Below are positions 55,773 through 64,000 of a DNA stretch of 64,000 nt, piece by piece. The DNA is from a bacterium (GTDB taxonomy: Bacteria; Zhuqueibacterota; QNDG01; CAYUAG01), in assembly GCA_046483025.1 (NCBI GenBank), contig JAWODZ010000126.1:11981-75980 (forward strand). The letters are read 5' to 3'. The translations under genes were made by a program, and so were the position numbers. Position 1 is the stretch's first letter, and each line of letters opens with the position of its first letter. The notes beneath the pieces are model-generated. The model was not told the DNA's origin. It saw only the letters and a program-made list of their open reading frames with translations, and ran no database searches.

Positions 55773-58067
55773 TTGAAATTAAACAAAAAAAAATTATATA
55801 CTCCGGAATTGATTGCTGCCATAATTGAAACTATCCGTGGGGCTCTCGTTATTTTAGATGAGGATCTCCGGGTTGTTCATGCAAATCAGTCTTTTTACAG
55901 CACGTTTAAAGTAAATCCTGAGGAAACGGAATCCTGTCTTCTATATGAAATAGGAAACAACCAATGGAATATTCCTAAGTTACGTGAAATCCTGGAGAAG
56001 ATACTTCCCCCAAAAAAAACTATGATGGATTTTCTGGTGGAACATGATTTTCCTCATATTGGCTACCGTATTATGAAGCTGAATGCCATACAGATTACCA
56101 GCAAAGAGAACAGGATGCCGCTGATTCTTTTGGTAATTGAAGATATAACGGACAGAAAAAATAAAGAAAGAGAACTTTATAGTTCCAGAAATCTGCTGCA
56201 ATCAATCATAGATCATGCCGGCTCTATGCTGGCCTATCTGGATAGGGATTTTAATTATGTTTATGTGAATAGACTTTATGCTGAGAACCTGGGATATACT
56301 ATAAAAGAACTGGTAGGACAAAACCACTTTAATCTGTTTAAAAAAACAGAAAATTATAAGGTGTTTAATAAAGTAAGGGAAACAGGAGAAACTGTTTACC
56401 TGCAGGATAGGATAAATCCCTTTATTCGGAATGTAAAAGAAATAAAATATTATAACTTTATTCTGTCTGCGGTTAAAAACAGTAAGGGTAAGGTGAAAGG
56501 TCTGATTTTAACTCTTATGGATACTACCCGGAGAAAAGAATATGAAGATAGCCTTGATGCCAGTGAGAAACGATATAAACTGGCCCAAAAGATGGGTGGG
56601 ATCGGCACCTGGGAGTGGAACATTGAAACCAATAAACTCACCTGGTCGAAGGAGGTTTCCCGGCTCTATGGATTAAAAAAAATTCCCTCAAACTTGACCT
56701 ATAAGGGTTTTCTCAGAATGGTTCATCATGAAGACAGAAGAGAAGTGGAACTGGCTGTGAACCGGTGTATTGAGGAGGAACAAGAATATAATGTGGATCA
56801 CCGTATCCGGTTACCTGATGGTTCCATTCACTGGCTGAGAGAAAAAGGGAATGTGGTGCGGAATAAAAACAAAATGGCTGAGAGAATGCTGGGCGTAGTA
56901 ATGGATATTACCAGCGAAAAGAAAGCAGCTTTGGAGAAAGCCAGGCTGGCTGCTATTGTAAACACCTCTACCGATGCAATTTTGCTCTATAGTTCCCGGG
57001 GTATTCTCATTCACTGGAATTCCGGGGCTCGTCTGGTGTTTGGATATTCGGAAAAGGAGATGGTGGGTAAATCTATTTTCAGATTGGTGCCGGAGAGAAA
57101 GATGGATGAGTTGAATAAAATATTAAAACAGACCCGAGAAGGCAAATCCATCCGATATCTGGAAACCATCCGGAAAAGAAAAGATGGTAAAGAAATTCAT
57201 ATTGCCCTTACTGTAACTCCCATTCGGAATGAGAAGGGAAAAGTCAGTGCCATCTCTACTGTTGAGCGGGATATTTCACATCGCAAGGAGGTGGAAGCAA
57301 AATCCAGAAAACAGCACCAGGAACTGGAGATACGGGTAAAGCAACGAACTGAGGATCTTGCCCGGAGTCGGGACAAGTTGCAGCAGGAAGTGGAAGAACG
57401 TCGTCATTATCAGAAAGAGCTTCAGTCATTGGCTTCTGGTATTTCTCTGGTTGAAGAAAGAGAACGTCGTAAAATAGCTACTTATTTACATGATCAGGTA
57501 GTTCAAAATCTGGTATATTCAAATTTAAAACTGGGTCAACTGGGTCAGATGAAGGTAAATACATCTCAGAAAAATATTTTGAAGGAAGTCTCAAAATATA
57601 TCCGGGAAACTATTGGTGATCTGCGAAACCTGACTTTTGAAATCAGTCCTCCCATTCTCTATGAACTGGGATTTATAAAAGCAGTGGAATGGCTGGCTCA
57701 GCAGTATCAGGAACAATGGAAAATATCAGTTGAAGTAAAATCTACCTCTCTTTCTGTTCCTCTTGATGAAACAAAGCGGGTAGTTTTATTTCAAAGTGTA
57801 CGGGAATGTCTGAACAACATATGTAAACATGCTCAGTCTGAGAAAAATAAAATTTTTATCCGAGAACAAAAAAATAACCTCGAAGTTGAAATAGTGGATG
57901 ATGGTGAGGGTTTTAATCCGGAAGAAGTAAAATTATCCAGTGCTTCAGCACATGGATTCGGCCTGATCAATATACGGGAAAGACTGGAATATTTGAGTGG
58001 TTCCCTGGAAATTCAATCCCAGCCGGGACAAGGAACCCGAATACGGATGCGGATTCCAATTAATTAA
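55773..58067 (+). CDS. PAS-domain sensor histidine kinase (HisKA_3 / NarL-type), copy 2
   Basis: Paralogous to 31934-33847 (for example MLAYLDRDFNYVYVNRLYAE... versus MMAYLDKDFNFIHVNTAYAE...) with one extra PAS module. H-box HDQVVQNLV. TTG start per the track. Confidence 0.85.
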   Translation: MKLNKKKLYTPELIAAIIETIRGALVILDEDLRVVHANQSFYSTFKVNPEETESCLLYEIGNNQWNIPKLREILEKILPPKKTMMDFLVEHDFPHIGYRIMKLNAIQITSKENRMPLILLVIEDITDRKNKERELYSSRNLLQSIIDHAGSMLAYLDRDFNYVYVNRLYAENLGYTIKELVGQNHFNLFKKTENYKVFNKVRETGETVYLQDRINPFIRNVKEIKYYNFILSAVKNSKGKVKGLILTLMDTTRRKEYEDSLDASEKRYKLAQKMGGIGTWEWNIETNKLTWSKEVSRLYGLKKIPSNLTYKGFLRMVHHEDRREVELAVNRCIEEEQEYNVDHRIRLPDGSIHWLREKGNVVRNKNKMAERMLGVVMDITSEKKAALEKARLAAIVNTSTDAILLYSSRGILIHWNSGARLVFGYSEKEMVGKSIFRLVPERKMDELNKILKQTREGKSIRYLETIRKRKDGKEIHIALTVTPIRNEKGKVSAISTVERDISHRKEVEAKSRKQHQELEIRVKQRTEDLARSRDKLQQEVEERRHYQKELQSLASGISLVEERERRKIATYLHDQVVQNLVYSNLKLGQLGQMKVNTSQKNILKEVSKYIRETIGDLRNLTFEISPPILYELGFIKAVEWLAQQYQEQWKISVEVKSTSLSVPLDETKRVVLFQSVRECLNNICKHAQSEKNKIFIREQKNNLEVEIVDDGEGFNPEEVKLSSASAHGFGLINIRERLEYLSGSLEIQSQPGQGTRIRMRIPIN

Positions 58068-58090
58068 AATTAAAAAGAAAGGAAAGACTG

Positions 58091-58741
58091 ATGTCAATCA
58101 AGGTACTACTGGCAGAAGATCATCATATTATGCGTCAGGGCCTTCGCAGTTTATTAGAGGATCAATCCAATATAACTGTTGTGGGGGAAGCAAAAGACGG
58201 CCGGGAGACCATACAATTAGCCGGCAAGTTTAAACCTGATGTAATTGTTATGGATATAAGTATGCCTAACCTTAATGGAATGGAAGCTACTTACCAGATA
58301 CTGGAAGAACTCCCTGACGTAAAAATTATTGGATTATCGGTCCACTCTGATGAACAGTTCATTTCCGGGATGTTTCGGGCTGGAGCCTGCGGTTATCTGC
58401 TCAAAGATTGTGTAATAGATGAATTGATGAACGCTATTGATACAGTAGTACGAGATCAAATTTATATCAGCCCCTCTATTTCCAAACAGGTTATCAAGGA
58501 TTACCGACAATATCTTAAAAAAGATAAGGATTCCGTTTTTGAATTATTAACCGAGCGGGAACGAGAAGTGCTGCAGCTTATAGCAGAAGGCAAGTCCACC
58601 AAAGAGATTGCCGGTACTCTTTATGTCAGTGAAAAGACTGTAGCCACTCATCGACAGAATATGATGAACAAACTTGATATTTACAGTGTTCCAGAATTGG
58701 TGAAATATGCTATTAAAGAAGGGCTGATTTCCCTGAAATGA
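58091..58741 (+). CDS. LuxR/NarL-family response regulator, copy 2
   Basis: REC plus GerE HTH. About 60% identical to 33860-34507. Confidence 0.9.
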   Translation: MSIKVLLAEDHHIMRQGLRSLLEDQSNITVVGEAKDGRETIQLAGKFKPDVIVMDISMPNLNGMEATYQILEELPDVKIIGLSVHSDEQFISGMFRAGACGYLLKDCVIDELMNAIDTVVRDQIYISPSISKQVIKDYRQYLKKDKDSVFELLTEREREVLQLIAEGKSTKEIAGTLYVSEKTVATHRQNMMNKLDIYSVPELVKYAIKEGLISLK

Positions 58742-58876
58742 TTTCTAAAACACCCTCTCTTTTATCTCTCCCTTCGGCGAGCTCAGGAAAGGCCCTCAAG
58801 GGGGCATTCGTATTACTATTTCTTTCCCCTTGAGGGGAGATGTCCGCTGAAGGCGGACAGAGGGGTGTTTTTCCCT

Positions 58877-58899
58877 CCATTTTCCGTTACCCCGTTTCC
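58877..58899. repeat. dispersed repeat family B, copy 2, inside a 400-bp structured intergenic region
   Basis: tccattttccgttaccccgtttcc versus 16696-16719. Confidence 0.55.
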
Positions 58900-58977
58900 T
58901 TCCCCTAAACAGCGTCAACTTCAGAGTACTGTCTTCCGGCCTCTGAACGCTAATCCTCTCACGTTCTAATGCTCTCA

Positions 58978-59022
58978 GGTTCTTAAGTTCTTGTATCTTG
59001 ATTCTTGAGTCTTGAGTCTTCC
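58978..59022. repeat. tandem 7-8-bp repeat (TCTTGAG-like, 6 units)
   Basis: ttcttaagttcttgtatcttgattcttgagtcttgagtcttcc. Confidence 0.6.
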
Positions 59023-59141
59023 TTTTTCCATATCAGACTTTCTGAAGTCAATTATCAGAAACTTCCTGATTGAATTTTTCTTTTAAAATCAATACTTATA
59101 AGTATACTATAGGTTATTGATAAAAAGAAAATGGAAAAGAT

Positions 59142-59747
59142 ATGCCCAAAATTAAAATTTTAGTTGCTGATGATCATGAGATTGTACGTAAGGGGCTCCG
59201 GGAACTGATTAATCAGCAATCTGATATGGAAGTAGTATCTGAGGCAAAGGATGGAGAGGATGCGGTTCGTATGGTCCGTCAATATGCTCCAGATGTTGTG
59301 TTAATGGATGTGGTCATGCCCAACACCAATGGAATCGAGGCAACAAAAGAGATCAAATCTCAATTTCCACAAACCCGTATTATAGCCCTCTCTATTTATG
59401 CTGATCGTTCTTATGTTATTCAGATGTTCAAAATGGGGGTGTCGGGATATTTGCTCAAGGAAAGTGCTTTTAATGAATTGATTAAGGCTATTCGAAAAGC
59501 TCTTAATAATCAGGTTCATCTCAGTTATTTACTTTTTAAAGGAGTTTATCTGGAATTTCAATCTCTCATGCAGAAAGATACAGATCACAATGTACAAATA
59601 TTAAATCAAAGAGAGCAGACAGTTTTAAAGGAATTATCCGATGCGAATTCCATGAAAGAAATTGGGGAAAGAATGAATACCTCGGTTGATAGTATTGAGT
59701 CAGTGATTGAGAGTATTTTAAATAAGTGGATGTTAATTAACAGATAA
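59142..59747 (+). CDS. REC-domain protein with degenerate LuxR-type C-terminus (third member of triad 2)
   Basis: ILVADDHEIVRKGL...VLMDVVMP. C-terminal helix-turn-helix-like EIGERMNTSVDSIESVIESILNKW. Confidence 0.7.
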   Translation: MPKIKILVADDHEIVRKGLRELINQQSDMEVVSEAKDGEDAVRMVRQYAPDVVLMDVVMPNTNGIEATKEIKSQFPQTRIIALSIYADRSYVIQMFKMGVSGYLLKESAFNELIKAIRKALNNQVHLSYLLFKGVYLEFQSLMQKDTDHNVQILNQREQTVLKELSDANSMKEIGERMNTSVDSIESVIESILNKWMLINR

Positions 59748-59834
59748 AGCAAGAAGGAGAGGTGTTATATATTACCTGTAAAAAAAGTTTTATGTCCAAC
59801 GGATTACAGTGATTTTTCCTACCAGGCTCTGGAT

Positions 59835-60218
59835 GTGGCTGTTGAATTTTGTGAGAAATTTAAAGCAAAACTCTATTTGGTACATGTGATTGCACCTGTT
59901 CCGCAATCCATGGGAATGCCCACCTCAGCCGGTTTTGATATTCCCATGTATCAGGAACAGCTCAAGGAGCATAATCAGGAATCACTGAAAAAAGTGACAG
60001 AGGAAAAAATACCGGATAAAATTCAAACGGAATCCCTTATCGGGTATGGATTTGAAGCTGACAGTATCATTAAGGTTGCAGAAGAAAAAGATGTGGATCT
60101 TATAGTTATTTCCACCCATGGTCGGACTGGATTGAAACATTTTTTTCTGGGTTCTGTAGCGGAAAAGGTGCTTCGTCATACTTCCAAACCTGTGCTTACC
60201 ATCCGTGCTTCCGAGTAA
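59835..60218 (+). CDS. universal stress protein (UspA family), N-terminally truncated as annotated
   Basis: ...LYLVHV...GS...ISTHGRTGL..LGSVAEKVLRH..PVLTIR is the UspA core. The same frame upstream encodes KKVLCPTDYSDFSYQALD (the expected first strand) but has no ATG/GTG/TTG. A GTG at 59761 with SD aaggag is +1 out of frame across an A7 run (59779-59785). Confidence 0.7.
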   Translation: MAVEFCEKFKAKLYLVHVIAPVPQSMGMPTSAGFDIPMYQEQLKEHNQESLKKVTEEKIPDKIQTESLIGYGFEADSIIKVAEEKDVDLIVISTHGRTGLKHFFLGSVAEKVLRHTSKPVLTIRASE

Positions 60219-60251
60219 TAAAAGTATAAAATCAAAAAAAAGGAGATATCT

Positions 60252-60683
60252 ATGCGATTATATAATAAGAAAGCAATTATCATAAGTTTTATGATTTTGT
60301 CTGTGGTTATCTGGATGGGATATTCTGACTGCCAGACTGTATCAGAAGATACTCCGAAAAAGTCTTCGGATAGTTTAAAAGTTGCTGGATCCGAAATACA
60401 ATCTGATAAACCGGGAAAAGTCAAAAGAGAATCTGAGACAGATTCCCTGGAAAAACAGATACAATCAGTAGTTTCCCAGATTCAAAGAAAAGAAAATGCC
60501 CTGGAAGAAAAGGAAGCTGAACTGCAAAAGAAAGAAAAACGCTTGCACCGTATGCAGTGGATTTCCTGGATTTTTTTTGGAGTTGGAATTGTTGCTCTGG
60601 GTTTGACTGTGGGAATAATATGGTTTCGACAAAAATCCGGAAAAGAATCCAAACAAACCTCTTCTGCAAAGAAAAAGCAGTAA
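60252..60683 (+). CDS. hypothetical membrane-anchored coiled-coil protein
   Basis: N-terminal TM/signal, central coiled coil (ENALEEKEAELQKKEKRL), C-terminal TM and a basic tail. Confidence 0.45.
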   Translation: MRLYNKKAIIISFMILSVVIWMGYSDCQTVSEDTPKKSSDSLKVAGSEIQSDKPGKVKRESETDSLEKQIQSVVSQIQRKENALEEKEAELQKKEKRLHRMQWISWIFFGVGIVALGLTVGIIWFRQKSGKESKQTSSAKKKQ

Positions 60684-60842
60684 TAATAGAAATTAGTTAG
60701 AAAATAAAATATTCTTTTTTCATTTTTTTAATTCTGCCTTTTATTTGTTTGAACTGATTGATCAAGGGATGAGAATGAAGAAAGATTTGAATTTTTTATA
60801 TCCATTTTTTTATAAATTTTCATTTCTTGAGGAAAATTTTAT

Positions 60843-62762
60843 ATGATAAAGAAGCAAAATAATTCCAATAGTTCAACGTCACAAAAAAGTCCTAAAAAGC
60901 ATTTTTTTGGAAATAAATATTTCATTCCGTTTTTCTGGATGCTGATGTTACTGTTGTTGGTTTGGTTTTTAATTTTACAGCCGCGTGGCAGGAAAAGCAT
61001 TACTATTCCCTATTCAGAGTTTAAAAAGGAAGTTAAACAGAACAGGATACAATCAATAACTGTGAAGGGCCAACAAATTACCGGAGAGTTCAGTGAATTC
61101 TATTTAGAAATAGATAAAAAAAATGAGGATACTCTGACTTATACCTATTTTTCCACCATTAAACCCCCTTTTGAAGATACAGAATTAATAGGGCTATTGG
61201 AAAAACATGAGGTAGAAGTTAAGGCTAGCAAAAAAGATGGATCCTGGCTTCAGACTGCCTTGATTTTCCTCTTACCCTGGATTTTGATTATCGGATATTT
61301 TGTTTATATGGGCCGTAAAATGAAGGGGGGAAAAAAGGGAATGATGGGAGGTGGAATCTTTGATGTGGGAAAGTCCCGTGTTAAGCGGTATAAAAAGGGC
61401 AGTTCGAATGTTACTTTTAAGGATGTTGCCGGGTTAAAAAATGCCAAGCAGGATCTCCGTGAGATCATTGATTATTTGAAAGAACCGGAGAAATTTAAAA
61501 CCCTGGGGGCTGATATCCCCAAAGGAGTTTTATTGATGGGCCCTCCGGGAACAGGAAAGACCTTATTAGGAAGAGCAACTGCAGGTGAAGCAGATGTTTC
61601 TTTTTTCAGTATCAGTGGGTCCGAATTTATTGAAATGTTTGTAGGGGTGGGCGCTTCCCGGGTTCGGGATATGTTTAACAAAGCCAAAAAAGAAGCTCCT
61701 GCGGTTATTTTTATTGATGAAATTGATTCAGTAGGCCGTTCCCGGGGTACTGGTCTGGGGGGTGGTCATGATGAACGGGAACAGACCCTTAATCAGATTC
61801 TATCTGAAATGGATGGATTTTTACCCAATCAATCCGTAGTGGTTATTGCAGCGACCAACCGTCCTGATGTACTTGATCCTGCTCTGACCAGACCGGGGAG
61901 ATTCGATCGGCAAATCACTCTGGAATTACCGGTTAAAGATGCCAGAAAAGAGATTTTAAAAATACATACTCAATCAGTGCCTTTGGCACAAGATACTGAT
62001 TTGAATAATATTGCAGCCCGGACCGTAGGGTTTTCCGGCGCTGATCTTAAAAATTTAGTCAATGAAGCTGCTTTACTGGCTGGTAGAAAGGGTAAAAACA
62101 AGGTTGAACCTAAGGATTTTGATAAGGCCAGAGATAAAATCCTGTTGGGCGCAGAACGGGAAGAAACTATTGAAGATGATGAAAAGCGGCTTATTTCTTA
62201 TCATGAAGCTGGGCATGCCCTGATAGCTACCAAGCTTCCTCATGCTGATCCTCTGCAAAAAGTAACCATTATTCCACGGGGTAGAAGCCTGGGGGTTACC
62301 GAGCAAATCCCAGAGAGCGACAGACATAATCTGAGCAAGTCTTATATGCTGGATCGGATTACAGTGGCTTTGGGAGGAAGAGCTGCGGAAAAATTGATGT
62401 TTAAAGAGATGACCAATGGAGCAGCTAATGATCTGAAACATGTTACCCGGATTGTGCGCCGCATGATAACTCAATGGGGTATGAGTGAAAGGTTAGGTCC
62501 CAGGACATTTCGTCAGGATGAAGATCATCCTTTTCTGGGCCGGGAAATGGCTTCCACCAGGAATTTCAGTGAAGAAACTGCCCGAATAATTGATGAAGAA
62601 ATTCAAAGAATTTTAAAAGATATGGAGACCAGAGCCTTGGATATTCTGAAACAGAACCGTAAACAGTTGGATGCACTGTCCAATGCTCTTCTGGATAAGG
62701 AAACTCTGGACGGGGATGAGATTGAATCGATTTTAAAAAGTCAAAAACAAAAAAAGAAATAA
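60843..62762 (+). CDS. ftsH: ATP-dependent zinc metalloprotease FtsH
   Basis: Walker [20 protein letters not shown] zinc motif, two N-terminal TM helices. Confidence 0.95.
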   Translation: MIKKQNNSNSSTSQKSPKKHFFGNKYFIPFFWMLMLLLLVWFLILQPRGRKSITIPYSEFKKEVKQNRIQSITVKGQQITGEFSEFYLEIDKKNEDTLTYTYFSTIKPPFEDTELIGLLEKHEVEVKASKKDGSWLQTALIFLLPWILIIGYFVYMGRKMKGGKKGMMGGGIFDVGKSRVKRYKKGSSNVTFKDVAGLKNAKQDLREIIDYLKEPEKFKTLGADIPKGVLLMGPPGTGKTLLGRATAGEADVSFFSISGSEFIEMFVGVGASRVRDMFNKAKKEAPAVIFIDEIDSVGRSRGTGLGGGHDEREQTLNQILSEMDGFLPNQSVVVIAATNRPDVLDPALTRPGRFDRQITLELPVKDARKEILKIHTQSVPLAQDTDLNNIAARTVGFSGADLKNLVNEAALLAGRKGKNKVEPKDFDKARDKILLGAEREETIEDDEKRLISYHEAGHALIATKLPHADPLQKVTIIPRGRSLGVTEQIPESDRHNLSKSYMLDRITVALGGRAAEKLMFKEMTNGAANDLKHVTRIVRRMITQWGMSERLGPRTFRQDEDHPFLGREMASTRNFSEETARIIDEEIQRILKDMETRALDILKQNRKQLDALSNALLDKETLDGDEIESILKSQKQKKK

Positions 62763-62775
62763 GTTCAGAAAATAT

Positions 62776-62804
62776 TTGACACATTCAGTTATTTGGAAAT
62801 AAAT
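62776..62804 (+). promoter_or_regulatory. sigma70-like promoter TTGACA-17-ATAAAT
   Basis: ttgacacattcagttatttggaaataaat, 27 bp upstream of the ATG at 62831. Confidence 0.5.
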
Positions 62805-62830
62805 GCCCTTATCATCAAAGGAGTTTTAAA

Positions 62831-63415
62831 ATGCAAGTACCGTTAGAAATATCCTACAGAAAGGTAGAAAAAACAGAAAAAATTGAAAACCTTATCCGGC
62901 AAAAAGCAGGGTCACTGGAACAGGCTCATAATCATATCACATCCTGCCGGGTAGCAGTGGAAAAACCCCAGCAGCATCAAAGCAGAGGAAATCCTTACCG
63001 GGTGAGAATTGATCTTACCGTACCACCCGGGCATGAGATTGTAGTCAAACAGGAACCTTCAAAAGGCATTTTACATCGAGGATTGGATGCTGTGATAAGA
63101 AAAGCTTTTTCATCTGCGCGCAGACAGCTGAAAAAACTGGACCAGCGCCAAAGAGGAAAGGTTAAAGCACATCCTGCGGAAACAGAGAATCAGGGTATTG
63201 TCAAACGTATTTTTCCGGAACGTGGCTATGGTTTCTTGAGAACCCTGGATGGACGAGATGTTTATTTTAATAGAAACAGCGTAATACATAACGATTTTGA
63301 TCGGTTGGAAGTCGGCACTGTAGTCCGCTATAGTGAAGAAATGGGAATCAAGGGGCCTCAGGCGAGCACTGTACAAATCGTGGATAAACCGGGTTCTCGG
63401 ATATCGGAGTTGTAA
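62831..63415 (+). CDS. ribosome hibernation factor (HPF/RaiA, S30AE domain) fused to a C-terminal cold-shock domain
   Basis: Residues 1-110 match the HPF pattern (I.I.....V..TE.I...I..K...LE......I....V.V....Q.........V.I.L.VPG.E.V..........L..A.D....K......QLKK). Residues about 125-190 have the CSD motifs RGYGFL and VYFN. Confidence 0.65.
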   Translation: MQVPLEISYRKVEKTEKIENLIRQKAGSLEQAHNHITSCRVAVEKPQQHQSRGNPYRVRIDLTVPPGHEIVVKQEPSKGILHRGLDAVIRKAFSSARRQLKKLDQRQRGKVKAHPAETENQGIVKRIFPERGYGFLRTLDGRDVYFNRNSVIHNDFDRLEVGTVVRYSEEMGIKGPQASTVQIVDKPGSRISEL

Positions 63416-63417
63416 GA

Positions 63418-64000
63418 ATGATGCAAATTCCTGAAAAAGTAAGGAAAAGAGACGGATCAGAGGATCAGTTTGACTCACAGAAGATCACCGAGGCTGTCAG
63501 GAAAGCAGCAACAGAAGTGGTACAGGATCAGAAGAAAGCAAAAACGATTGCTGAACAAGTGACTGAGACAGTAATAAAAAATCTATCCAGGGAAAAAAAT
63601 CCAACTATCGAGACCACTCAGGATGCAGTTGAATCTGCACTGATGGAATCCGGTTATATTCAGATTGCCAGAGCCTATATTCTATACCGGAGTGATCACA
63701 GCCGGATTCGAAAATCAAAATCGGTTTTAGGACTTCAGGATGACATAAAGCTTCCGGTAAACAGTCTTATGGTTTTAAGAAGCCGATACCTTCGGAAGGA
63801 TAACAAACAAAATATTATAGAAACACCACGGGAGATGTTCCGCAGAGTTGCTCATCATGTATCCCGTGCAGAAGAGCGACTGAACACGCAGAAATCTCCT
63901 GATGAGGTAGAAGATACATTCTTCAAAATGATGAAACAGCTTGAATTCCTTCCTAACTTGCCTACCTTAATGAACGCCGGGTCCCCATTGGGACAGCTTG
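63418..64000 (+). CDS. nrdJ: class II (adenosylcobalamin-dependent) ribonucleotide reductase, N-terminal part with ATP-cone (runs off the window end)
   Basis: ATP-cone VRKRDGSEDQFDSQKI. Downstream RNR motif PNLPTLMNAG. No stop before 64000, so it is absent from the ORF track. Confidence 0.7.
   Translation, partial: MMQIPEKVRKRDGSEDQFDSQKITEAVRKAATEVVQDQKKAKTIAEQVTETVIKNLSREKNPTIETTQDAVESALMESGYIQIARAYILYRSDHSRIRKSKSVLGLQDDIKLPVNSLMVLRSRYLRKDNKQNIIETPREMFRRVAHHVSRAEERLNTQKSPDEVEDTFFKMMKQLEFLPNLPTLMNAGSPLGQL

Overview
This is a 64-kb window of low-GC bacterial chromosome, about 35-42% GC outside an AT-rich patch of about 27%. Genes use Shine-Dalgarno-type ribosome-binding sites (AAGGAG-like) and sigma70-like TTGACA/TATAAT promoters. 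A T9SS C-terminal sorting domain on a large secreted protein points to the FCB superphylum. The gene content indicates an anaerobic lifestyle, possibly with a reductive TCA cycle. Anaerobic markers are desulfoferrodoxin/superoxide reductase, ferredoxin, the 2-oxoacid:ferredoxin oxidoreductase KorAB and a class II B12-type ribonucleotide reductase. The rTCA possibility rests on the ATP-citrate-lyase AclBA together with KorAB. Coding density is high and almost everything is on the plus strand.

Gene order across the window:
- smc N-terminus on the minus strand, then lepA-lepB-hemW.
- DUF3467, an OM beta-barrel, aldehyde dehydrogenase, a PatB/MalY C-S lyase, TraB/GumN and umuDC.
- An AT-rich cassette carrying a DNA methyltransferase and a stop-interrupted partner ORF.
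- A parvulin lipoprotein, an HD hydrolase, and a fused LeuC-LeuD.
- A Phd/VapC toxin-antitoxin pair flanked by about 200-bp direct repeats, then leuC-leuD.
- aclB-aclA, PGM/PMM, the T9SS cargo protein, and an acyl-CoA ligase on the minus strand.
- A PAS histidine kinase with two LuxR-type regulators, then korAB, ferredoxin, SOR, a DHOD-like protein, DJ-1/PfpI and a CDGSH protein.
- A copper/redox island: a YHS-permease, RseC-like, YHS fused to a TrxR-like flavoprotein, a CopB-type P1B ATPase, a His-rich OMP, three SHOCT proteins with DUF302, a Met-rich protein, a SAM MTase, a multicopper oxidase with a C-terminal extension, an MBL hydrolase and a cupredoxin.
- A bifunctional APH-like/P-loop protein, then a second paralogous PAS-HK/RR/RR triad, Usp, FtsH, an HPF-CSD fusion and the start of class II RNR.

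Intergenic space carries several dispersed repeat/hairpin families, short tandem repeats and hexamer-periodic GAT tracts. Two ORFs are split by single in-frame stop codons: TGA at 14534 and TAA at 52612. The usp gene lacks an in-frame canonical start across an A7 run. No rRNA, tRNA or CRISPR array was recognised. All calls are by eye from the sequence, without database searches.
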